Assembly: GCA_964464765.1 (NCBI GenBank) | Contig: CAYXJU010000003.1 | Location: forward strand, 1 to 45,822 | Reading direction: 5' to 3' | From: an uncultured Candidatus Bathyarchaeia archaeon | GTDB lineage: Archaea > Thermoproteota > Bathyarchaeia > 40CM-2-53-6 > CAVXDP01 | Length of the DNA stretch: 45,822 nt | Shown: in pieces, positions 18,880 through 28,121 of the stretch | Layout of the letters: each line of letters begins with the position of its first letter | Numbering within the stretch: position 1 is the first letter of the stretch | Translations under genes and position numbers: made by a program | Notes under the pieces: model-generated | Told to the model about the DNA's origin: nothing | Seen by the model: only the letters and a program-made list of their open reading frames with translations | Database searches by the model: none

Positions 18880-20022
18880 ACGGTTCAATATACAGTATCG
18901 GTTATGCCGGGCGACGGCATAGGCCCTGAAGTCATAGCGGAAGGAATCAGAGTTCTCGATGCCGTCTCGGAAGTCATGAATTTTGAGTTAAACTGGGTCA
19001 AGTACCCTTTCGGAGCAGATCACTACCTTGCAACGGGAGAACTTCTTCCTGAGAGCGCTCTTCAGGAGATGGGAAAACACAAAGCCATTTTCATGGGAGC
19101 TGTGGGTGATCCTAGGTGCCCCGAAGGAGTTCTAGAGAAAGGGATCCTGCTGGCACTTAGATTCTATTTTGATGAGTACATCAATCTTAGACCCGTCCAG
19201 TTATTGGAGGGAGTTGCGACACCACTCAAAGACAAGACCGCCAAAGACATTGACTTTCTGGTGGTCAGAGAGAACACGGAAGACATGTACATTGGAATCG
19301 GAGGTAGAGTCAAGAAAGGCAAAAGCCGACAAAACCTCGAACTTCTAAGGACACTGTACAAAATCAAGTTTGGACTTGACATCGATTCCGATCATGAAGA
19401 GATAGCATACCAGTTGATGGTGATAAGCAAAGGGGGAGCAGAGAGAGCCATCCGATATGCGTTTCAGCTTGCATACGACACGGGAAGAAAGAAGGTTACA
19501 AGCGTTGACAAAGCGAACGTTCTAACTTACACTTACGGTTTTTGGCGCGAAATCTTCAACAAGATAAAGCAAGACTTTCCCGATGTGCAGACAGAGTTCA
19601 ACTATGTAGACGCCGTGACCATGTGGTTTGTAAAGAATCCTGAATGGTTCAAAGTAGTTGTGACACCAAACATGTTCGGCGATATCATCACAGATCTTGG
19701 GGCTATGATACAGGGTGGACTTGGAGTTGCAGCGGGCGCCAATCTAAACCCTGAAGGAACTTCCATGTTTGAACCAATACATGGCTCCGCACCTAAGTAC
19801 AGGGGACTGGGCAAGGCTAATCCAGTTGCAACCATCATGGCTGGAAGTCTGCTTCTAGATACGATTGGGGAAAAGAAGGCGGCGACACTGGTTGAGAAAG
19901 CAGTGAGAGAAGTTCTCAAGCAAAGAAAGGTTCTGACGCCTGATCTGGGTGGAACTTCGACAACATCTCAGTTGGGGCAGGCCATATCCAAGAAAACTAC
20001 GGAGATAGGAGCCTCATTCTAG
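18880..20022 (+). CDS. leuB: 3-isopropylmalate dehydrogenase-like (isocitrate/isopropylmalate/tartrate dehydrogenase family)
   Basis: [44 protein letters not shown]; homology extends upstream of ATG 18904 to an ACG codon at 18880; exact substrate is inferred. Confidence 0.85.
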   Translation, partial: TVQYTVSVMPGDGIGPEVIAEGIRVLDAVSEVMNFELNWVKYPFGADHYLATGELLPESALQEMGKHKAIFMGAVGDPRCPEGVLEKGILLALRFYFDEYINLRPVQLLEGVATPLKDKTAKDIDFLVVRENTEDMYIGIGGRVKKGKSRQNLELLRTLYKIKFGLDIDSDHEEIAYQLMVISKGGAERAIRYAFQLAYDTGRKKVTSVDKANVLTYTYGFWREIFNKIKQDFPDVQTEFNYVDAVTMWFVKNPEWFKVVVTPNMFGDIITDLGAMIQGGLGVAAGANLNPEGTSMFEPIHGSAPKYRGLGKANPVATIMAGSLLLDTIGEKKAATLVEKAVREVLKQRKVLTPDLGGTSTTSQLGQAISKKTTEIGASF

Positions 20023-20077
20023 CTCCAGATCAGTCCAGTGACCACGGCAACTCTCGCAAGATGCGACACTGGGGCTT

Positions 20078-20200
20078 CTAAAGCAGTGATTTCACTGTCG
20101 TAACAAAGGCTTTGTTCGCATCGACCGCCTCAATCGCTAGATCGACAGCGGCAATTGCGATGCCATATGCAACCAGTTTCAATACGTTTACGACGTTCAT
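20078..20200 (-). CDS. 40-aa hydrophobic microprotein, not in ORF track
   Basis: GGTGAAGAAA-ATG; MNVVNVLKLVAYGIAIAAVDLAIEAVDANKAFVTTVKSLL*; TTTTAA box upstream. Confidence 0.6.
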   Translation of the reverse strand: MNVVNVLKLVAYGIAIAAVDLAIEAVDANKAFVTTVKSLL

Positions 20201-20311
20201 TTTCTTCACCGTCACGGCTCTAACAAGTTATCTCGCATTAAAAGGAATTATTCAAGAAATGGATATATCACAACAGTCGATACATCGAAAATCGATACGT
20301 CAAATATGATT

Positions 20312-20869
20312 TCAGTTTGGGGGCTTCAAAATATTTGCAAGCGCTTTGAAGTCGTTCATCATGGTCTCTTCGAGGCTCTCTGCGTAGAGCACGGCCGCAG
20401 GATGGTACGTGAGAAAGAAACGTCTGTTTGCTGTCTCCACTTGTTTGCCATGCATCTCCGAGATGGAGTAGCCTTTTCCTAAGACAGCTTTTATCGCGTT
20501 ATTACCCATGAGACAGATTATTCTGGGGTTGATCAGCGATATCTGTCGTTCCAGGTAAGAGTGACAAGCATTTACTTCATCAACTCGCGGTGGCCGATTC
20601 ATTGGTGGTCTGCATTTCACAACATTCGTAATGAATATTCGATCTCTATCGACCCCGATTGATGAAAGCAGTTTAGTGAGAAACGCGCCAGCTGCGCCTA
20701 CAAATGGTCTCCCCAGCAGATCCTCATTCCTTCCAGGAGCCTCACCCACTAGCACGAGGGAAGTGTCAAATGCTCCCTCTCCAGGAACAGCGTTCTTTCT
20801 CGATTCCGAAAGCCTGCACAGAGTACATGTTAGAATTTTCTTGTGAAGTTCAAGTAGTTCAGTCTTCAA
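20312..20869 (-). CDS. udg: Family 4 uracil-DNA glycosylase
   Basis: CTLC, VGEAPG, GRPFVG, TNVVKCRPP, TYHPAA. Confidence 0.95.
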   Translation of the reverse strand: MKTELLELHKKILTCTLCRLSESRKNAVPGEGAFDTSLVLVGEAPGRNEDLLGRPFVGAAGAFLTKLLSSIGVDRDRIFITNVVKCRPPMNRPPRVDEVNACHSYLERQISLINPRIICLMGNNAIKAVLGKGYSISEMHGKQVETANRRFFLTYHPAAVLYAESLEETMMNDFKALANILKPPN

Positions 20870-20920
20870 GACTCATCCCACACAAGGAAACTGAGCGTCA
20901 TTCCCTCGTAACCTTTCTTG

Positions 20921-21874
20921 TCATATCTGGCTTTTTCCACATGTTGGGCAGAAGAGAGCTTCCAATGGTTTTGAGGCGTTGCAGAATCGACATTTGGGAA
21001 TGAAAGCCTCGCGGAACAATCTTCGTTTACCAATCTTCTCCACAATAGCAGCGTAGTCTGCGGACTTTGAGAACTCGAAAACGGCTTTGATCCTTTCAAG
21101 ATGATTTGGGTGACTTTCAAATATTGTAGCAATGTCTTGCGGTAACCATGCACTATCTGAAATGGATCTATGCCGAGGATTCAAGAGTCGAGCAAACATT
21201 GAAGCCACTTGGTTAGGGTCGCCGCAGGAAATTAGGGAAGCCCTGTCTGCCGTGAACTCTGATTCTCTACTCCACGCAAGAAGCGCAAGTCTCATCGCCA
21301 TGGATATGTACTGTAGACCCATCAACGAGGTTGATATTCCGACACCCTCAGCCAAAATGTTGGCGAGAGAATGGTAGAGCATGTGTCTGCTCTTTACGTG
21401 ACCCATCTCATGGCCCAACAACGATCGAAGTTCATCAGACCCCATAGCTTGAATCAACCTACTGTCCACAACTATCACCGGAGCTGTGTCGTTTCCAAAC
21501 GTGAACGCGTTAGCCGGCATCTCACTCTCAATCACATAGACTTCCGGCAATGCCTCAAGAGAAAGGGTGTATGCACATTCTTCCACGAGGGTCTCAAAGC
21601 CTTTGAAACGAGTAGTCGAAAATCCATGCTTTGACAACCATTCGCGCTGCCTGCGCTCTCTCGGTTTAACCAAGAACTGATCCACAAGGTAAGCCAAGAT
21701 TCCCGTAGATTCCAAAATGCCGAGAGCGTCCTTGTCCGATGAACATTGAAATTCATCCAGCCGCAACGATAGGTTCGTACGAGGCTCAAGATTAGTTCCA
21801 CATTTGCAGCAGAACAATCTGTACTCAGGATTTGCATTGAGACATTTGGGACACATCAACTCCGAAGTTGACAT
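20921..21874 (-). CDS. M48 metallopeptidase with N- and C-terminal zinc ribbons
   Basis: ANAFT, GHEMGH, WSRESEFTADR, SHP...ERI; CxxC pairs at both ends. Confidence 0.88.
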   Translation of the reverse strand: MSTSELMCPKCLNANPEYRLFCCKCGTNLEPRTNLSLRLDEFQCSSDKDALGILESTGILAYLVDQFLVKPRERRQREWLSKHGFSTTRFKGFETLVEECAYTLSLEALPEVYVIESEMPANAFTFGNDTAPVIVVDSRLIQAMGSDELRSLLGHEMGHVKSRHMLYHSLANILAEGVGISTSLMGLQYISMAMRLALLAWSRESEFTADRASLISCGDPNQVASMFARLLNPRHRSISDSAWLPQDIATIFESHPNHLERIKAVFEFSKSADYAAIVEKIGKRRLFREAFIPKCRFCNASKPLEALFCPTCGKSQI

Positions 21875-21998
21875 CAGACACGTTCTCCGGTTGCTCAAAC
21901 ACCTAGATTGACTCACGTCTATTCTATGGCGAGGTGTATATGTAGCAACATCTTACAGAGTCAGCACTTCTGTTCTATAGGTTAATATACGCGTGAAA

Positions 21999-22015
21999 TT
22001 ATAACGACGTTATAA
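21999..22015. promoter_or_regulatory. Perfect 17-bp palindrome upstream of cysK (candidate operator)
   Basis: TTATAACG-A-CGTTATAA between the TATA-like TTAATATA (21982-21989) and the cysK ATG. Confidence 0.55.
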
Positions 22016-22028
22016 AAAGGCTACTCAC

Positions 22029-22979
22029 ATGACTTGGAAAGTTCACAACAACGTCATTGAAACCATCGGTAGTACGCCACTTGTCAGGCTGAATAGGGTC
22101 GTGGCAGGATGCGGGGCGACAGTGGTGGCTAAGCTTGAGTCCAGAAATCCTGGTGGAAGTGTAAAGGACAGAATCTGCTGGAGTATGATTGCAGATGCAG
22201 AGGCTAAAGGTGCGCTCAAACCTGATACAGCGATTATTGAACCGACAAGTGGAAACACCGGCATAGGGTTGGCCATAGTGGCAGCTGTGAAAGGGTACAG
22301 GCTGATTTTGACTATGCCGGAGACTATGAGTCTGGAGAGAAGAGCTTTGCTCAAGGCTTTTGGTGCTGAACTCGTGTTGACGCCTGGAAGTGAAGGCATG
22401 AAAGGAGCCGTAGATAAAGCGAACGAGTTGGCGGCGTCTGTTCCGAACTCGTTTGTACCGCAACAGTTCAAGAATCCCGCAAATCCTAAGGTTCACCGAG
22501 AGACGACAGCATTAGAGATCTGGAACGACACGAACGGCAAAGTGGACATGCTTGTTGCTGGTGTGGGAACTGGTGGAACGATAACAGGCGTTGGAGAAGT
22601 GATCAAGTCCAAGAAACCGAGCTTCAAGTTGGTGGCCGTCGAACCCTACGACTCACCTGTCCTCTCAGGTGGAAAACCCGCTCCACACAAGATTCAGGGA
22701 ATTGGAGCTGGCTTCATCCCAGACGTTCTCAGACTTGACTTGATCGATGAAATATTCAAGGTTAGAAATGAGGAAGCAATTGATATGGCTCGTCGCCTAG
22801 CAAAAGAAGAAGGAATACTTGCAGGAATCTCTTCAGGCGCTGCAGCATTCGCGGCCGTCGAGGTTGGAAAGAGAAATGAGAATTCAGGGAAATTGATTGT
22901 GACAATACTACCAGACACGGGTGAAAGGTACATTAGCACAGCGATGTTTCAGGAGTTGGAGAAGCTTTCGAAGTCGTAG
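22029..22979 (+). CDS. cysK: Cysteine synthase A
   Basis: [40 protein letters not shown]. Confidence 0.96.
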   Translation: MTWKVHNNVIETIGSTPLVRLNRVVAGCGATVVAKLESRNPGGSVKDRICWSMIADAEAKGALKPDTAIIEPTSGNTGIGLAIVAAVKGYRLILTMPETMSLERRALLKAFGAELVLTPGSEGMKGAVDKANELAASVPNSFVPQQFKNPANPKVHRETTALEIWNDTNGKVDMLVAGVGTGGTITGVGEVIKSKKPSFKLVAVEPYDSPVLSGGKPAPHKIQGIGAGFIPDVLRLDLIDEIFKVRNEEAIDMARRLAKEEGILAGISSGAAAFAAVEVGKRNENSGKLIVTILPDTGERYISTAMFQELEKLSKS

Positions 22980-23023
22980 TCGAACGGCTATAATCAAGAT
23001 TTTAAATTGTCAGAGTTGGTGGC

Positions 23024-23728
23024 ATGATGCTTGACGGACTCAAAGAATATTTAGATTCGGTTAGACAAAGAGACCCCGCAGCCAAGAGTAGGCTGGAAGT
23101 CATCCTCTGTTATCCGGGGGTTCATGCGCTCTTTTTGCATCGACTAGCTCACGCATTGAACCATAATGGATTACGGCTTTTGGCGCGCTTAGTTTCCCAA
23201 TTCAACAGATCCTTGACTGGAATAGAGATACATCCCGGAGCGAAGATTGGTAAACGATTCTTCATCGATCACGGAATGGGTGTCGTGATAGGCGAAACCA
23301 CTGAGATTGGAAATGATGTCATCATGTACCAAAACGTGACCTTGGGCGGCACAACTATGGAAAAGAAGAAACGCCATCCAACAATAGGAAACAATGTTGT
23401 CATAGGTGCAGGCGCGAAAATCCTTGGAAACGTCTTAATTGGAGATGGCGCGAAAATCGGTGCAGGTTCAGTCGTTGTGAAGGATGTCCCAGAAGAAGTG
23501 GTGGTCGTGGGCATTCCAGCAAGACCTGTGCAACCCGAGAGACCTAGAGCACTGATCGACCTAGAACACGGCGACCTGCCGGACCCCATAGCCCAAGTTG
23601 CCCGAGGGCTCTTGGAAAGAATTGAATTCCTCGAGAGAAGAATTCAAGAACTGGAGACCCGCGTCGAGTCAGGCCCCGATAGAGAGACTGAAAAGAAAAT
23701 CGTTTCGGTACGGCCACACAAGAAGTGA
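23024..23728 (+). CDS. cysE: Serine O-acetyltransferase
   Basis: [39 protein letters not shown]. Confidence 0.95.
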   Translation: MMLDGLKEYLDSVRQRDPAAKSRLEVILCYPGVHALFLHRLAHALNHNGLRLLARLVSQFNRSLTGIEIHPGAKIGKRFFIDHGMGVVIGETTEIGNDVIMYQNVTLGGTTMEKKKRHPTIGNNVVIGAGAKILGNVLIGDGAKIGAGSVVVKDVPEEVVVVGIPARPVQPERPRALIDLEHGDLPDPIAQVARGLLERIEFLERRIQELETRVESGPDRETEKKIVSVRPHKK

Positions 23729-23769
23729 GACCGTCAGAGCACTTCCCAGTCAAGAAGAGATCTGCTCTT

Positions 23770-23807
23770 AACGAACCCCCCCTACCCCATAGGGGGGTAG
23801 GCTCGTT
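23770..23807. repeat. GC-rich inverted repeat between convergent genes
   Basis: aacgaaCCCCCCCTAccccaTAGGGGGGtaggctcgtt; two mutually exclusive stems possible. Confidence 0.6.
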
Positions 23808-23836
23808 TGTTCAACGTGCTCAGAAAGTACGTTATA

Positions 23837-25378
23837 CTAGGGTATCACTGTGAGATCCACTGTTGGCGTGTAGATCCCTCTATACTCTCCGCCCAATGTT
23901 GTAAACAATTTCACAGTTTTGTTTTCCCAGTCGCTCGGTGCTTGAAACACAAATTCTTCGTAGCCATCTCTGTTGGTGTAACGTGTGTCTATGTATCCCT
24001 CAGAACTGTATAGGTCGACCTTGATGTAGTCAATCGTTGCTCTTGAGCATATATCGAGACTGGAGCAATTGTAGAGCCAGACCTTAACCTTCACAGTGTT
24101 ACCGACTTTGGTTGTGATAACTGTTCCAGATGTTTTCGGTCTCTGTTCACCCGTGACGCTGCCAGATGTGATGTCATAGAATTCTATGCTTCCATCGTTC
24201 CATTCCGAGAGCCTATGCCACGGGCTCTTACATTTCTCTATGAAGTCTGTTGTTAGGTTGTAGGCCGCGCTGTTGTAGTGGGCGCCGTCTTTCTCTTCAA
24301 CCCAAACCTCATGGCTTGAATCGGGGAAAAGATGCCATTCCTTAAGGTACCAAGGGGTAGCGGTTTTTTGTGGAGCGCTATCATAGAATTCTTTTCCCTG
24401 AGGCCAGAGTTCCTCGCTCCAGACTTCACCATAGAGCAGAAGAGTATTGGATTTCACATCAGTTGCGTGGGAAATTGATTCGAACAGATTGTTTGGTGGA
24501 ATTCCTCCCAGCATGCCGCTAATCACAATAGCTCCATTGGGGGCCATCCATGTTTCAGGGTCTCTAACAGCAACTTCGTACCCAGCAGCGATGCCACCGG
24601 TTGAGTACCCTATCATATAGGTGAAGTTATGTCCATTTTCAAGAATCCAATTGTGAATCCCTTTCAGGAAACTACTTTCCAGATAGTAACCGAGTGCATA
24701 ATATGCTTGAGTAGTGAATGGAACAGTATGCCCCTCATTTCCCCTCCGCAAAGCCAGTACGCTGAATCGCTTGGATAAGTCGTTGATATATTTCATTGCG
24801 CCAAAGGTTTCCAACTCGTACGGGTTCATCGTAACATGATCCGCGTAGGCGTGTCCTCCGCTCAGCCAGATCAAACATGCACCGCTTTCATGGTTGTCCC
24901 AGTAATACCATTCATTTCCATCTAACTTGACAATCGAAGGTTGACTATCAGGAGACTGCGGCTCACTTGATCCCACGACTTTCACATTGAACCGCTGTGA
25001 CGTCTTAGTGTCATTCAACCAGAAATTCTGATACCAGTACCTCGTGGCGACCAGCAACTCAAGATCCGTCGATGTATTTGGAGCTACGACTTCCAGCGTG
25101 AAAGATCTGACAGCCTCCCCTGTCATGTAATATCTGACGTAATCAAAGATCTTGGTGAAGTTCTCTTGGAATATGCCCAGATCAGCAAGTGTCCATCCTC
25201 CATATGAATATCTGATAGTAACATTCACTGTGAAAGATTGGCCTGCAGAGACCTGGGCTGGATAGTCAACTCGCGTTATCTCAACGCTCGGCATGGCCTC
25301 TGCTCGAGTCGACGAAACCGCAGAAAGAACAATTATCATAGCAATTGCGATGGAGAGTAGCGGTTTCTTGAAAGACAT
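23837..25378 (-). CDS. Secreted multidomain protein with central alpha/beta-hydrolase-like domain
   Basis: GGTGA RBS, signal peptide, Ig-like N-domain, WLSGG, nucleophile elbow GYSTGG, later SSH. Confidence 0.75.
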   Translation of the reverse strand: MSFKKPLLSIAIAMIIVLSAVSSTRAEAMPSVEITRVDYPAQVSAGQSFTVNVTIRYSYGGWTLADLGIFQENFTKIFDYVRYYMTGEAVRSFTLEVVAPNTSTDLELLVATRYWYQNFWLNDTKTSQRFNVKVVGSSEPQSPDSQPSIVKLDGNEWYYWDNHESGACLIWLSGGHAYADHVTMNPYELETFGAMKYINDLSKRFSVLALRRGNEGHTVPFTTQAYYALGYYLESSFLKGIHNWILENGHNFTYMIGYSTGGIAAGYEVAVRDPETWMAPNGAIVISGMLGGIPPNNLFESISHATDVKSNTLLLYGEVWSEELWPQGKEFYDSAPQKTATPWYLKEWHLFPDSSHEVWVEEKDGAHYNSAAYNLTTDFIEKCKSPWHRLSEWNDGSIEFYDITSGSVTGEQRPKTSGTVITTKVGNTVKVKVWLYNCSSLDICSRATIDYIKVDLYSSEGYIDTRYTNRDGYEEFVFQAPSDWENKTVKLFTTLGGEYRGIYTPTVDLTVIP

Positions 25379-25533
25379 TACTTCACCTGTTTGTTCTCTC
25401 ATGGAAAGTAGATATCCGCACCGGAATGTAAACATCAACTATTAATGTTTGGGTAAGGTGGCACGCTCGCTTGAGGATTGCCAGATTTCAACATGAGCCT
25501 TGATCTCTCAGCCGATGAATCAATATTATTATC

Positions 25534-25548
25534 TTCGTTCAATCCTAC
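25534..25548 (+). promoter_or_regulatory. Candidate Lrp/LysM-like binding site at lrp promoter
   Basis: TTCGT-TCAAT-CCTAC between TATTATTA box and start codon; same flanks occur at 31328-31342. Confidence 0.4.
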
Positions 25549-25554
25549 CTAAAT

Positions 25555-25977
25555 GTGGCGAGAGTTTTGGTGGACGAGATAGATCGGAAGATCATTGAGA
25601 TTCTCAAACGTGATGCGAGAACACCGTACTTGGAGATGGGGAAGATACTTAAGATGTCGGAGGGAGCAATCCGGAGAAGGGTTAAGAGACTCGTAGAATC
25701 TGGTGTGATACAGAGGTTTACGATCGAGACTAATCAAGAGGGCCCAGCCGCTGTCATGCTCGTCTCCGCAAACCCATCTATTCCTACCTCGCAGATCTCG
25801 AAGGCTATGTTGAAGATCGATGGGGTCCAGAAAGTCTTCGAAGTCACGGGTGAATTCGACGTAGTCGCGCTTCTGTCGGCTCCCGATACCCCACGACTAA
25901 ATGCATGTATCGAAAAGACAAGAATGCTTGAGGGAACAAATCGCACGAATACGATGATGGTGCTCAGGTACTGGTAG
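25555..25977 (+). CDS. Lrp/AsnC family regulator (LysM-like)
   Basis: VDEIDRKIIEILKRDARTPY...SEGAIRRRVKRL HTH; EVTGEFD RAM domain; adjacent to lysine operon. Confidence 0.9.
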   Translation: MARVLVDEIDRKIIEILKRDARTPYLEMGKILKMSEGAIRRRVKRLVESGVIQRFTIETNQEGPAAVMLVSANPSIPTSQISKAMLKIDGVQKVFEVTGEFDVVALLSAPDTPRLNACIEKTRMLEGTNRTNTMMVLRYW

Positions 25978-26036
25978 AATTGCTAATAGAACTCATACAG
26001 CACATTGAATCCTTCCGGGTGTTAGTCTACTGCTCT

Positions 26037-27200
26037 TCACATGATGTTTGATATTCTTTCGCAGGCCTCTTCTATCCTGTCAATTGGAATTGTGAGCGCA
26101 AATCTGAGGAAACCCTCTCCATACTTGCCAAATCCGATACCAGGTGTTACCACGACTCCTTTCTCAAGCATTCTCTTTGAGACGCCCATCGAATCTGTTC
26201 CACAACTTGCCCAAACATAGAAAGTGGCTTTCGGCGTCTCGCATTGAAGGCCAAGAGACCGCAGTTCCTTGACTAGGACATCTCTTCTCTGTTGATAGGT
26301 TGCAACATTTTTTCTAACGCATTCTGGCGGCCCATTAGAGGTGTAGCTTCTCAACCCTGTTATTGCGGCCTTCTGCACATAGAGAGATGGCCCTGAATCT
26401 ATCTGGGTCTTTATTTGGGATAGATTGCCTATCACTTGTTCGCTTCCAACGGCGAAGCCTATTCTGTCTCCTGTCATGTTGAAAGTCTTGGAGCATGAGT
26501 GGATCTCTATCCCAACTTCCTTCGACCCTTCAATCTGCATGAGGCTTGGAGGAGCGAAATTGTCGAAGGCTATCTCAGAATACGCGTTGTCGTAGCATAC
26601 TACAAGGCGATTCTTTTGAGCGAAGTCAACCAATTCTTCCAAGAATCGTCTGTCGACCGTAGCGGCCGTAGGGTTGTTCGGGTAATTCAAGAAAAGGAGC
26701 TTAGCGCCTTCTTTTGAAACTTTTTCAAGGTCAGGTTTGAAACCATTCTTTCCAAGCAGAGGCATTACGACAGGTACGCCATCGCATAGGAGTGTTGCAC
26801 CATTTGCATACACCGGGTATGCTGGATCAGGCACGAGTACCTTGTCGCCGGGGTTAATGTATGCCCGAGCGAGGTTCGCCAGTCCTTCCTTTGATCCGAT
26901 CAGGGCAAGAACTTCTTTGTGCGGATCCAAGTCAACTCTGAACCGTTTCTTGTACCACTCTGCCACTGCTTCTCTGAATTCCAATTCACCTTGACTAAGA
27001 GAGTAATTGTGATTCTTGGGGTTTGAAATTTCTTCTCTAAGAGTACTGAGGATGAAGTCTGGTGTGGGAAGATCGGGATCTCCTATTCCAAAGGAGATTA
27101 GGTCGATTCCTCTCGATTTCTTCTCAAGAACTGCTTTCTCCATCTCACTAAACAGATATTTAGGAAGCCTATCCAGTCGCTGTGTCCTTTCAGTTGTCAA
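26037..27200 (-). CDS. dapL: LL-diaminopimelate aminotransferase
   Basis: LPKYLF, GIGDPDLPTP, IGSKEG, NYPNNPT, DNAYSE, SCSKTFNMTGDRIG; last gene of dap operon; TTG 27200 overlaps dapF end. Confidence 0.85.
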   Translation of the reverse strand: MTTERTQRLDRLPKYLFSEMEKAVLEKKSRGIDLISFGIGDPDLPTPDFILSTLREEISNPKNHNYSLSQGELEFREAVAEWYKKRFRVDLDPHKEVLALIGSKEGLANLARAYINPGDKVLVPDPAYPVYANGATLLCDGVPVVMPLLGKNGFKPDLEKVSKEGAKLLFLNYPNNPTAATVDRRFLEELVDFAQKNRLVVCYDNAYSEIAFDNFAPPSLMQIEGSKEVGIEIHSCSKTFNMTGDRIGFAVGSEQVIGNLSQIKTQIDSGPSLYVQKAAITGLRSYTSNGPPECVRKNVATYQQRRDVLVKELRSLGLQCETPKATFYVWASCGTDSMGVSKRMLEKGVVVTPGIGFGKYGEGFLRFALTIPIDRIEEACERISNIM

Positions 27201-28047
27201 TCGAGTCGTCACCAAACATTTTTGCTTCGAAAACTTTCTCAACCGACCCCTCCAAAGTTATCGTGCTACCGAGTCTCACGAACAATTTTCCACCCAGTAG
27301 ATTCACCTTCACGTTTCTTCCAGTCTTGCCGAGTCTATGTGCAACTGCTACGCTTGCGCATGCTCCTGTTCCACAAGCGGTAGTCTCCCCGACTCCTCGT
27401 TCCCAAGTTCGCACACTGATTTCACCTTCATCTTTAACTGTGATGAATTCAACGTTCGTGCCCTTGGGAAAGATTGAATCTTTTTCGATTCTGGGTCCAA
27501 TTTCGTTGACTGGAAACGATTCAAGATTTGATACGAGTGTTACACAATGAGGATTGCCTATCGAAACACATGTTATGTTGAATTCCCTCTCATCGATTTT
27601 GAATGGCGCGTTTACACATTCGCCTTTCCCAACCATTGGAATGTCATCTCGTCTGAAAGAGGGAGCACCCATGTCAACCCGCACATCCGCCAGATTTCCT
27701 CTCTGTTCCAAGATCTCCACTCGCCTAGGTCCTGCCAAAGTTTCGACATTCATCTTTTTCTTCTTGACGATTTCGTTGTCGTAGCAATATTTTGCAATGC
27801 ATCTTATTCCGTTGCCACACATCTCAGCTTCGCTGCCGTCTGAGTTGAGGATTCTCATTCTGAAGTCAGCGGTCTCGGAGTTGCGTACTATGAGAAGCCC
27901 GTCGGCTCCTACGGAGAAACGTCTACTGCAAAGCCTCTTAGCAAGCTTAGAAAGTTCTTTCTGAGGAATTCTCTCGTTTCTATCATCTATTACTATGTAG
28001 TCGTTTCCGAGACCGTGCATTTTCCAAAATCTCATTGCGTATCCCAA
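27190..28047 (-). CDS. dapF: Diaminopimelate epimerase
   Basis: KMHGLGND, GADG, EMCGNG, GNPH, TNVE, WERGVGETTACGTG. Confidence 0.96.
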   Translation of the reverse strand: MGYAMRFWKMHGLGNDYIVIDDRNERIPQKELSKLAKRLCSRRFSVGADGLLIVRNSETADFRMRILNSDGSEAEMCGNGIRCIAKYCYDNEIVKKKKMNVETLAGPRRVEILEQRGNLADVRVDMGAPSFRRDDIPMVGKGECVNAPFKIDEREFNITCVSIGNPHCVTLVSNLESFPVNEIGPRIEKDSIFPKGTNVEFITVKDEGEISVRTWERGVGETTACGTGACASVAVAHRLGKTGRNVKVNLLGGKLFVRLGSTITLEGSVEKVFEAKMFGDDSIDN

Positions 28048-28121
28048 TCTGAACGTGACTTCTTTTCGGTCTGATTTAAGCGATCAACTCTAGCTTGCAG
28101 AATGTTTGGGCAGTGTTCAAC

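Noticed and set aside
18870-18929. ATG 18870 as leuB start with a frameshift
   Set aside because: The ACG frame already gives the expected first strand without a frameshift
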